From the IMG/VR virus record IMGVR_UViG_3300010354_000177, positions 1-43,258 of that record: a stretch of 43,258 bases of DNA; one strand, given 5' to 3'. Positions 1-8,725 of this stretch are shown piece by piece. The first letter of the stretch is position 1; every line of letters begins with the position of its first letter. Under the pieces are notes generated by a model. That model was not told the DNA's origin and ran no database searches. It worked only from the letters and a program-made list of their open reading frames with translations. Both the position numbers and the translations under genes were made by a program. The stretch comes from a virus. Taxonomy: Duplodnaviria > Caudoviricetes.

Positions 1-3000
1 CTGCTGTTCTTTAATAGCCTCAACTAAAACTGCAATGATATTCATATAAGAAACAACCTTTAACTCAGTTCCGTCAGATATTGTCGAATGAACGACCTCT
101 GGAAGAATTTTTTCAACTTCTTGTGCAATAAGACCAAGATGTTTTGGATTTCCTTCAATATCAATTCTATTAAATTCAACACCACGAAGAGCACAAACTT
201 TCTCTAAAGCATTTGTTATTGTAAAAACATTTTCTTTTAATCTAGAGTCGGAGAATGCGGTAACATCTCCAGGAACAACTAAATTACCCGTGCTCGCATT
301 GAAACTAAATGCTGTTGCAGTGGTTCTAATACTTGGTGTTTGGTTTCCAGTTCCAGCAACAAACACTGGATAGAAAGTAGCATTAGTTGTTGTATTTGTG
401 CTATTTAAAATATTACTTGGACCAGCAGCACCATCAGCACCATCAGCACCAGCAGCACCAGCAGCACCTACATCACCAGTTCTATAAAACTGAATTGCAC
501 ATTGTTCTGAAGCTGCAGGAGCAGTTCCACTAATATAAGAAACATTAAGTTGAACATATCCAGTCTGAGAAGTGATACTATTCAGAGAGAATATTGCGAA
601 TGTAGTGTCTGAATTTGTGTTAGAATCAACAACAATGTATCCTTTTTGGGTATTAGTGGAATCGTCCCAGGTTAAAATATAAGTTCTGACGTTAACACTT
701 CCAACATCAGTATCATCGATATAAATTTGTGTTACTGAACCAATAGTGGCGTTATTAAATCTAAAAGTTCCTGCCCCTGGATCTGAGTTTGTTGTTGTAG
801 TGCTGAAATTGTATGTAATACCTGCATTGTTTCCTTGCTGTCCAATAACTCCTTGAATACCTTGACTGCCAGTACCAGCAGTTCCTTGAGAACCTGTGGA
901 ACCAGTAGCACCTGTAGTTCCTGTGGTCCCTTGGAGACCTGTAGAACCAGTAGCACCTGTTGCACCTGTGGTTCCTTGAGCACCAGTCGAACCAGTAGCA
1001 CCTGTAGTTCCTGTAGTTCCTTGAGTTCCTGTTGAACCCGTAGAACCTGCCGTTCCTTGAAGACCTGTAGATCCAGTAGCACCCGTTGCACCCGTTGTTC
1101 CTTGAAGACCTGTAGATCCAGTAGCACCCGTTGCACCCGTTGTTCCTTGAGATCCAGTGGCACCTGTAGAACCTGTGGTTCCTGTAGTTCCTTGAGAACC
1201 TGTGGCACCTGTAGAACCTGTGGTTCCTGTGGTTCCTTGAGTTCCTTGAGTACCTGTAGAACCAGTTGCACCGGTTGTTCCTGTCGTTCCTTGGGCACCT
1301 GTAGATCCAGTAGCACCAGTGGTTCCTGTGGTTCCTTGAGAACCAGTCGAACCAGTAGCACCTGTAGTTCCTTGAGCACCAGTCGAACCAGTAGCACCTG
1401 TAGTTCCTGTAGTTCCTTGAGATCCAGTGGCACCTGTAGAACCTGTGGTTCCTGTGGTTCCTTGAGTTCCTGTCGTTCCCTGTGCCCCAGTAACCCCAGT
1501 TTCACCTGACGCACCTGTGGTTCCTTGACGTCCCTGAATGCCCTGAGATCCAGTGGCACCTGTAGAACCAGTCGAACCTGTAGTTCCTTGTGTTCCTGTG
1601 GTTCCTTGGGCGCCTGTAGATCCAGTAGCACCAGTGGTTCCTGTGGTTCCTTGAGAACCTGTAGATCCAGTAGCGCCTGTGGTTCCTTGTAGACCTGTAG
1701 ATCCAGTAGATCCAGTGGTTCCTGTAGTTCCTTGAGTGCCCTGAGATCCAGTGGCACCTGTAGTACCTGTAGTTCCTTGACGTCCTTGAATACCCTGAGA
1801 TCCAGTGGCACCTGCAGCACCAGTGGTTCCTGTAGTTCCTTGAGTTCCTGTGATTCCTTGGAGACCTGTAGATCCAGTAGCACCAGTCGCACCTGTGGTT
1901 CCTTGTGTTCCTGTGGTTCCTTGAGCACCCGTAGAACCAGTAGCACCAGTGGTTCCTGTGGTTCCTTGAGAACCTGTAGATCCAGTAGCGCCTGTGGTTC
2001 CTTGTAAACCTGTAGATCCAGTAGCGCCTGTGGTTCCTGTAGTTCCTTGGGAACCTGTAGCACCTGTAGAACCAGTAGTTCCTGTGGTTCCTTGTGTTCC
2101 TGTGGTTCCCTGAGATCCAGTAACACCAGTTTCTCCCGATGCACCTGCAGTTCCTTGACGTCCCTGAATGCCCTGAGATCCAGTGGCACCGGAGGAACCA
2201 GTCGAACCTGTGGTTCCTTGTGTTCCTGTGGTTCCTTGGAGACCTGTAGATCCAGTAGAACCTGTAGCACCCGTAGTTCCTTGTGTTCCTGTAGTTCCTT
2301 GGAGACCTGTAGATCCAGTAGAACCTGCAGTTCCTTGAGAACCGGTAGCACCTGACGCACCGGTGGAACCTGTAGTTCCTTGAGAACCTGTAGAACCAGT
2401 AGCACCTGTTGTTCCTTGAAGACCTGTAGATCCAGTAGCACCAGTCGCACCTGTTGTTCCTTGTGTTCCAGTGGTTCCTTGAGTTCCAGTTGAACCTGTA
2501 GAACCTGTAGAACCTGTAGTTCCCTGTGTTCCCTGTGCCCCAGTAACCCCAGTTTCCCCTGACGCACCTGTGGTTCCTTGACGTCCCTGAATACCCTGGG
2601 ATCCAGTGGCACCTGTAGAACCAGTTGAACCGGTGGTTCCTTGTGTTCCTATCGTTCCTTGAGTTCCTGTTGTTCCTTGAGTTCCAGTTGAACCCGTTGA
2701 TCCAGTTGAACCTGTAGTTCCCTGAGAACCCGCAGTTCCTGTGGTTCCCTGAGCACCTGTAGAACCAGTAGCACCAGTTGAACCTGTTGTTCCTTGAAGA
2801 CCTGTAGATCCAGTAGATCCAGTAGAACCTGTTGTTCCTTGCCTTCCTTGAACTCCTTGAGAACCTATAGTTCCCTGAGCTCCTGTATCTCCTTGGATTT
2901 GACCTACATCATCCCAATCAGATCCATTATAAACCCATAGATTACCCGTATTTAATGCAATTACACCTTCACCTGCAGTGGGTGGATACCAGGGGAAACC

Positions 3001-6000
3001 AGTGTCATTCGCAGTTAATGTTGTATTCGGTGATGAAGTTGTTACGGATGATATTGATCCAACAATAGTAATCGAAGTTCCATCATTTCCTTTTACTCCC
3101 TGAACACCTTGAACACCTTGAACACCTTGGACACCCTGTTTTCCAATACTTGAATATGCTTGCCAAGTATTTCCATCATATACAAATTCAACCGTAATTT
3201 GACCAATATCTAAAATTAAATCTTCGTCATTAACAAGTCCCTCAATAGAAGAAGCTGCTCCAACAGCAACTGTTAAATTATTAACCCCCCAATTTGCACC
3301 ATCTGCAATTTTAAGAGTATCGCCAAGATTAGCTGTTGTTGGTAAAGTAATAGTAAATGTTCCACCAGAAGTATCAGCAACAATTAAATCTCCAATAGAA
3401 GCAGTATATGCCGAAGTTTTTCTAATCCAAGACTTTAATATATTTCCGGATACTTTTAAATTACCATTAACGTCTAATTTTTGTGTTGGGTTTGTAGTAC
3501 CCACTCCAACATTTCCACCATAAGGTGCAAGTTCAATAACACCACTAGCATCAACATCAATACTTGGAATGCCAGAAACATCATTAACTGAGAAGATGGA
3601 ACCAGTAGTTAGATTATTTGTAATTGAGAATAACTGACCAGCAGAACCCTCAAATGAAAGTGTTCCAGAGTTTAAAGTATCATATGCAATAATATCAATA
3701 ACAGTTCCTATTCCAAGAGCAGTCTGGAAAGATCCAATTCCTGTTGAATAGAAATCACCTTTTACTGTTAATGTTGATATTGGAATATCTGTTCCTATTG
3801 CAACTCTCTGAGTTGCTGGATCATAAACAAAGTTAGTAGCTCCACCAGATACATTGTTATTGTTAAATATGACTTGTTTATTGGACCCTGCGATTGGTCC
3901 AGTAATTCCCTGAATACCCTGAATACCTTGAGTTCCTGTAGTTCCCTGAGTTCCCGTGGTGCCTTGAGATCCTGTAGTTCCTTGAACTCCTTGAATACCT
4001 TGAGATCCGGTCGTTCCTTGAGCACCTGTAGCGCCAGTTTCTCCTCCAGCACCTTGTATTCCCTGACGTCCTTGAATACCTTGGGAACCTGTAGTTCCTT
4101 GAGATCCTGTGGTTCCTTGAATTCCTTGAGTTCCTGTAGATCCTTGAGTTCCTGTAGATCCTTGAGTTCCTGTGGTTCCTTGAGTTCCTGTGGTTCCTTG
4201 AGTTCCTGATGAACCCGTAGTTCCTTGAGTTCCCTGAGAACCTATTGAACCCGTAGTTCCTTGAGTTCCTGTGGTTCCTTGAGTTCCTGTTGAACCTGTA
4301 GTTCCCTGAGTTCCTTGAGATCCAGAAGGACCAGTATTTCCAGTATTACCTAAAGTTCCTTGAGTTCCTTGAGTTCCTGTAGTTCCTTGAGTTCCTGTTG
4401 ACCCTTGAGATCCTGTGGTTCCTTGAGTTCCTGTGGTTCCTTGGGAACCCGTAGCACCAGTTTCTCCTCCAGCACCTTGGATTCCCTGACGTCCTTGAAC
4501 GCCTTGAGAACCTGTAGTTCCTTGAGAACCTGTAGTTCCTTGAGTTCCTGTAGTTCCTTGAGAACCTATAGTTCCTTGAGATCCTTCAGTTCCTTGAGTT
4601 CCTGTGGTTCCTTGAGATCCTGTTGAACCTGTAGTTCCTTGAGTTCCTTGAGCACCGGTGGCACCAGTTTCTCCAGTTGAACCTGTGGTTCCTTGAGAAC
4701 CTGTAGTTCCTGTGTTTCCTTGAGTTCCTGTATTTCCTTGAATACCTTGAGTTCCTGTGGTTCCTTGAGTTCCTGTGGTTCCTTGAGTTCCTGTGGTTCC
4801 TTGAGTTCCATCAGTTCCTTGAGTTCCTGTGGTTCCTTGAGTTCCTTCAGTTCCTTGAGTTCCTGTCGTTCCTTGAGTTCCTGTGGTTCCTTGAGTTCCT
4901 GTGGTTCCTTGAGTTCCTGTGGTTCCTTGAGTTCCTGAAGAACCCGTGGTTCCTTGAGTTCCCTGAGAACCTGTAGCACCCGTAGAACCTGTGGAACCTG
5001 TAGTTCCCTGAGAACCTGTAGTTCCCGTGTTTCCTTGAGTTCCTGTGGTTCCTTGAGTTCCTTCAGTTCCTTGGGAACCTGTAGCGCCAGTTTCTCCTCC
5101 AGCACCTTGGATTCCCTGACGTCCTTGAATACCTTGACGTCCTTGAATACCTTGAGAACCTATAGTTCCTTGTGCTCCCTCAGTTCCTTGAGAACCTATA
5201 GTTCCTTGAGATCCTTCAGTTCCTTGAGTTCCTGTGGTTCCTTGAGATCCTGTTGAACCTGTAGTTCCTTGAGTTCCTTGAGATCCAGTAGCACCAGTTT
5301 CTCCAGTTGAACCTGTGGTTCCTTGAGAACCTGTAGTTCCTGTGTTTCCTTGAGTTCCTGTGGTTCCTTGAGTTCCTTGAGAACCAATAGTTCCTTGAGA
5401 ACCAATAGTTCCTTGAGTTCCTGTGGTTCCCTGAGTTCCTGTAGCACCTTGAGATCCTGTAGATCCCTGAGAACCTATAGTTCCTTGAGTTCCATCAGTT
5501 CCTTGAGTTCCTGTCGTTCCTTGAGAACCTATAGTTCCCTGAGTTCCTGTGGTTCCTTGAGATCCTGTTGAACCTGTAGTTCCTTGAGTTCCTTGAGATC
5601 CAGTAGCACCAGTTTCTCCAGTTGAACCTGTAGTTCCCTGAGAACCTGTAGTTCCTGTGCTTCCTTGGGAACCTGCAGTTCCCTGCGTTCCCGTCGTTCC
5701 TTGAGTTCCTGTTGAACCTGTCGTTCCTTGAGATCCTTCAGTTCCCTGTGTTCCTGTAGTTCCTTGAGAACCTTCTATTCCTTGAGTTCCTTGAGTTCCT
5801 GTGGGTCCAGTTTCTCCTGATGGTCCTGTAATTCCTTGACGTCCTTGAGATCCTGTGGTTCCTTGAACTCCTTGTAGAGCAACATCTTCAACTAATGCCC
5901 AAGTAACGCCAACTCCAATAGAGACTAGAACGGAATCTAAACTACCAGAACTATTATTTACATCAATTAATTGTCCAGAAAGTTTAAGACTACCCTGAAG

Positions 6001-8367
6001 ATCTAAAGAAGCTGATGGATCTGTTGTCCCAATACCAACATTTCCATTTGAATTTATAACAAAAGGAGTTGCATCGGGATTTGTATAGTCTTCAACAACT
6101 AACGCATTACCAGAACCAGTTTGAGTAATTCTTAAGGCATCTGAAGAACTATTAACTGATATTATTGATGAATCGGAAACATTAATTTGTGGAATAATTA
6201 ATGTGGTATCAGTAACTTGCATTCCACCAGCAGCAAGTCTCACTCCATAAGGAACTTGAGTGCTTCCAATACCAACACCATAGTTAAATAGCCAGGCATC
6301 AGTATATCCAGCACCAACGTCCCCACCCCTAAACCACATAATTTTCTTATATGTGTCTGGATTGGTTTCTCCACCAATTGCAAGACTTACAAGAGGAGTT
6401 CCTTCAGTTGATGCAATCGCAATACCACCGTGACTTGCGGTTGCATCTGTTGGTGAAAAATCAGTCCCTAAACCTAAAACAATATCTGGATCTGCTACTA
6501 CAAGTTCTTGAGTATTCAGTTGTGCTACTGTTCCACCAATTGTGATGATTCCATCAACATTTAAATTTCCATTAATGTCAGTATTGTGGAGAACTGTTAA
6601 ATCATAAGTTACTAGTTCTGTTCCGTTAAATGTTAGGTTAGTAGATCCTGTTGCTACATTTGATCCGTCTTTGTAAACGACTTCATATGCAGAACCTGCT
6701 ACTGGACCTGTAATACCTTGAGTTCCTTGAGCACCATCGGTTCCTTGAGCACCATTGGTTCCTTGAGCACCAATAGATCCTGTAGTTCCTTGAGCACCGC
6801 GAGGACCTTGACCACCATCAATCGAATCTACAGCGGCAACATAATCGATTTGAGTATTATGAGATGTAAATCCAGATGATTGGTGATAAAATCTAACTAA
6901 TACCTCATTTAAATTGTTAATAAATGGAGATCCATCAATAATTCCTGGCTGGAACTGAGACCAAGTTGCAAGACCTTGATATCTTTGGATTTCTACCCAA
7001 CCACCACTATTCCAGTTATAAAGTTGAACTAAAACAGTGTGTGTTGAAGTATTTGTATATTGGACATTTAAATCAACCTGATTGAGTGAAGTGACATTAT
7101 CATATCTAATGTAACTAACCCAGGCTGGGAATAACCCAGATTCATCATTCATTTGGTAATAATTACCAGAAGAATAATCACCATAAGTTTGAATACCAGC
7201 TAAACTGCCAGAAACATAATCACCGTAAACTACTTTAAAATTTAATCCTAATGCTGTTCCTATTGATGTTGTAAGAGCGGTTCCAACTTGTCCAGAAGAA
7301 GCATCTTCAGTCAGGGTAAATGTAACTATACCAACATTTGGTCCAATTACACTAGAATCTTTAATCTTATAAAGTGTTGTTGAAGAATATCCTGTAATAC
7401 TTCCTGTTCCAGTTAAAGATCCAGAAACTGAAAGTCTTGCTCTTTGAACTACACGATAACCAAGATAAAAAGTTAGACCTGTAGTTGTCCCCGGGGTTGT
7501 TTGAACTGCGGTTAATCCATTTGCAGTAACTAATTCAGTAAGTTTGAAAGAATCGGTTCCATTCGTTTGTGAAATAGTGTAAGTCTTTGAATCCGTATAC
7601 CCAGTTATACTTCCACTACCAGTATTTGTTCCTACAATTTGGACTACCATCGTGTAGTCCCCTAACATTTCACTTGTTACAGCATCGCAAGAAAACTCAC
7701 CAGAATTTCCATAAATTTGAACATTAGAAAGTTGCTCATAGGTATATGTGAATTCACCTGTTGTTCCTGCAATAGAAATCTGACTGGAAGTAAATCCCAA
7801 AGCAACTGGATTTACTTCTGATATTAAATCTGCAATATATACAATTGTTTCTGGACTTTGCCCCTCAATACCCTGAACACCTTGGGTTCCTTGGGTTCCT
7901 GTGGTTCCTTGAGTTCCTGTAGTTCCCTGAGAACCTATAGTTCCCTGAGTTCCTGTGGTTCCTTGTGATCCTTCAGTTCCTTGAGCACCTGTTGCGCCAG
8001 TTTCTCCTCCAGCACCTGCAGTTCCCTGACGTCCTTGAATACCTTGCGTTCCTCTAGTTCCTTGACTTCCTTCGGTTCCTTGAGTTCCTTGGAGGCCTTG
8101 AAGACCTTGGATTCCTGCTGAATATGGGTCTGTCCAACTAATGCCATTACCAGTTGAAACGAGAATTGAACTTGCTGATCCAACTGTTCCGTAAACATCT
8201 TGTAAAGAACCACGAATTCTAACATTCCCAGCAACGTCTAAAGAAGCAGTTGCGTTCGCAGTTCCAATACCAACTTTACCAGTAATGTCTAATACTGTTT
8301 GATTTTCAGTATAAGAACTGATACCAACTTTAAGGTTTTTTTGACGATTACTGAGATACTTTGCCAT
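1..8367 (-). CDS. Giant collagen-like tail fibre/virion fibre (>=2789 aa, 3' end outside window) with C-terminal peptidase S74 intramolecular chaperone
   Basis: ATG at 8367 ([21 protein letters not shown]...). The same frame at the window start reads [15 protein letters not shown]...[16 protein letters not shown]...[18 protein letters not shown], the S-D-x-R-L-K S74 signature plus coiled-coil start. Multiple long Gly-X-Y blocks lie between. It is absent from the ORF track, as expected if no in-frame stop occurs in the window. Confidence 0.92.
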   Translation of the reverse strand, partial: MAKYLSNRQKNLKVGISSYTENQTVLDITGKVGIGTANATASLDVAGNVRIRGSLQDVYGTVGSASSILVSTGNGISWTDPYSAGIQGLQGLQGTQGTEGSQGTRGTQGIQGRQGTAGAGGETGATGAQGTEGSQGTTGTQGTIGSQGTTGTQGTTGTQGTQGVQGIEGQSPETIVYIADLISEVNPVALGFTSSQISIAGTTGEFTYTYEQLSNVQIYGNSGEFSCDAVTSEMLGDYTMVVQIVGTNTGSGSITGYTDSKTYTISQTNGTDSFKLTELVTANGLTAVQTTPGTTTGLTFYLGYRVVQRARLSVSGSLTGTGSITGYSSTTLYKIKDSSVIGPNVGIVTFTLTEDASSGQVGTALTTSIGTALGLNFKVVYGDYVSGSLAGIQTYGDYSSGNYYQMNDESGLFPAWVSYIRYDNVTSLNQVDLNVQYTNTSTHTVLVQLYNWNSGGWVEIQRYQGLATWSQFQPGIIDGSPFINNLNEVLVRFYHQSSGFTSHNTQIDYVAAVDSIDGGQGPRGAQGTTGSIGAQGTNGAQGTDGAQGTQGITGPVAGSAYEVVYKDGSNVATGSTNLTFNGTELVTYDLTVLHNTDINGNLNVDGIITIGGTVAQLNTQELVVADPDIVLGLGTDFSPTDATASHGGIAIASTEGTPLVSLAIGGETNPDTYKKIMWFRGGDVGAGYTDAWLFNYGVGIGSTQVPYGVRLAAGGMQVTDTTLIIPQINVSDSSIISVNSSSDALRITQTGSGNALVVEDYTNPDATPFVINSNGNVGIGTTDPSASLDLQGSLKLSGQLIDVNNSSGSLDSVLVSIGVGVTWALVEDVALQGVQGTTGSQGRQGITGPSGETGPTGTQGTQGIEGSQGTTGTQGTEGSQGTTGSTGTQGTTGTQGTAGSQGSTGTTGSQGTTGSTGETGATGSQGTQGTTGSTGSQGTTGTQGTIGSQGTTGTQGTDGTQGTIGSQGSTGSQGATGTQGTTGTQGTIGSQGTIGSQGTQGTTGTQGNTGTTGSQGTTGSTGETGATGSQGTQGTTGSTGSQGTTGTQGTEGSQGTIGSQGTEGAQGTIGSQGIQGRQGIQGRQGIQGAGGETGATGSQGTEGTQGTTGTQGNTGTTGSQGTTGSTGSTGATGSQGTQGTTGSSGTQGTTGTQGTTGTQGTTGTQGTTGTQGTEGTQGTTGTQGTDGTQGTTGTQGTTGTQGTTGTQGIQGNTGTQGNTGTTGSQGTTGSTGETGATGAQGTQGTTGSTGSQGTTGTQGTEGSQGTIGSQGTTGTQGTTGSQGTTGSQGVQGRQGIQGAGGETGATGSQGTTGTQGTTGSQGSTGTQGTTGTQGTQGTLGNTGNTGPSGSQGTQGTTGSTGTQGTTGTQGTTGSIGSQGTQGTTGSSGTQGTTGTQGTTGTQGSTGTQGSTGTQGIQGTTGSQGTTGSQGIQGRQGIQGAGGETGATGAQGTTGSQGIQGVQGTTGSQGTTGTQGTTGTQGIQGIQGITGPIAGSNKQVIFNNNNVSGGATNFVYDPATQRVAIGTDIPISTLTVKGDFYSTGIGSFQTALGIGTVIDIIAYDTLNSGTLSFEGSAGQLFSITNNLTTGSIFSVNDVSGIPSIDVDASGVIELAPYGGNVGVGTTNPTQKLDVNGNLKVSGNILKSWIRKTSAYTASIGDLIVADTSGGTFTITLPTTANLGDTLKIADGANWGVNNLTVAVGAASSIEGLVNDEDLILDIGQITVEFVYDGNTWQAYSSIGKQGVQGVQGVQGVQGVKGNDGTSITIVGSISSVTTSSPNTTLTANDTGFPWYPPTAGEGVIALNTGNLWVYNGSDWDDVGQIQGDTGAQGTIGSQGVQGRQGTTGSTGSTGSTGLQGTTGSTGATGSTGAQGTTGTAGSQGTTGSTGSTGSTGTQGTTGTQGTIGTQGTTGSTGSTGATGSQGIQGRQGTTGASGETGVTGAQGTQGTTGSTGSTGSTGTQGTTGTQGTTGATGATGSTGLQGTTGATGSTGSQGTTGSTGASGATGSQGTAGSTGSTGLQGTTGTQGTTGATGSTGSTGLQGTTGTQGTTGSTGSSGATGSQGIQGRQGTAGASGETGVTGSQGTTGTQGTTGTTGSTGATGSQGTTGTTGATGSTGLQGTTGATGSTGSQGTTGTTGATGSTGAQGTTGTQGTTGATGATGSTGLQGITGTQGTTGTTGAAGATGSQGIQGRQGTTGTTGATGSQGTQGTTGTTGSTGSTGLQGTTGATGSTGSQGTTGTTGATGSTGAQGTTGTQGTTGSTGSTGATGSQGIQGRQGTTGASGETGVTGAQGTTGTQGTTGTTGSTGATGSQGTTGTTGATGSTGAQGTTGATGSTGSQGTTGTTGATGSTGAQGTTGTTGATGSTGTQGTQGTTGTTGSTGATGSQGTTGTTGSTGATGSQGTTGATGATGSTGLQGTTGATGATGSTGLQGTAGSTGSTGTQGTTGTTGATGSTGAQGTTGATGATGSTGLQGTTGTTGATGSTGSQGTAGTGSQGIQGVIGQQGNNAGITYNFSTTTTNSDPGAGTFRFNNATIGSVTQIYIDDTDVGSVNVRTYILTWDDSTNTQKGYIVVDSNTNSDTTFAIFSLNSITSQTGYVQLNVSYISGTAPAASEQCAIQFYRTGDVGAAGAAGADGADGAAGPSNILNSTNTTTNATFYPVFVAGTGNQTPSIRTTATAFSFNASTGNLVVPGDVTAFSDSRLKENVFTITNALEKVCALRGVEFNRIDIEGNPKHLGLIAQEVEKILPEVVHSTISDGTELKVVSYMNIIAVLVEAIKEQQ
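826..2892 (-). repeat. Collagen Gly-X-Y block, about 689 aa (GST/GAT/GTT/GTQ/GLQ triplets)
   Basis: 9-bp periodicity (tcc/acc every 9 nt on + strand). End-to-end register is consistent with a single G-T-G interruption near 868-885. Confidence 0.95.
3892..5871 (-). repeat. Collagen Gly-X-Y block, about 660 aa ([12 protein letters not shown] triplets)
   Basis: Repeated gagttcctgtggttcctt-type units. First and last Gly are in the same 9-nt register (220 triplets). Confidence 0.95.
6700..6816 (-). repeat. Short collagen block (about 39 aa)
   Basis: [39 protein letters not shown]. Confidence 0.9.
7855..8115 (-). repeat. Collagen block (about 87 aa)
   Basis: [22 protein letters not shown]...GVQGIEGQS. 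Confidence 0.9.
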
Positions 8368-8379
8368 TGATCTGAAATA

Positions 8380-8721
8380 TTAGTTAAGTGTTTCTAAAAT
8401 ACTTGCAACAAATTTTAAATTAGATCCGTTGCTGCCATAAAGAACAAGAGTATCGCCACTTTCAAGAACTAATTTTCCAGAAAGTAAATTAACAGTATCA
8501 TTTGATGAAATTGGATATTGCTTTAACATTTCAGTAGTTACTGCTATACCAGCAACTGATCTTTGATGTGATAGGGAAACATCCTCTGAAGTCCCACCTA
8601 TGTTTGCAACTTGCGCTAAGAGAATAACTCCAGTATATCCAACTGGAGCAGTATAAATTCCAACTGGATTGGTTGTGATAACTGATGTAACAGTCTGGAA
8701 TACATTAAGTGCTAATGCCAT
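8380..8721 (-). CDS. Small conserved virion-associated protein (113 aa, predicted beta-rich)
   Basis: ORF tiles between neighbours, with GGAGGAG SD-like sequence upstream. MALALNVF...YTAP...LSGKLVLESGD pattern resembles small fibre-associated phage proteins. Confidence 0.75.
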   Translation of the reverse strand: MALALNVFQTVTSVITTNPVGIYTAPVGYTGVILLAQVANIGGTSEDVSLSHQRSVAGIAVTTEMLKQYPISSNDTVNLLSGKLVLESGDTLVLYGSNGSNLKFVASILETLN

Positions 8722-8725
8722 TTTA

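Noticed and set aside
826-5871. Possible CRISPR array or non-coding satellite
   Set aside because: No constant repeat with unique spacers; periodicity and wobble-position variation fit protein-coding collagen.
732-8234. Track ORFs such as the 626-aa 'KELQVL' ORF and the Ser/Cys-rich plus-strand ORFs
   Set aside because: Shadow frames of the 9-bp periodic collagen coding sequence; the Gly-X-Y frame links a proper start to the S74 domain.
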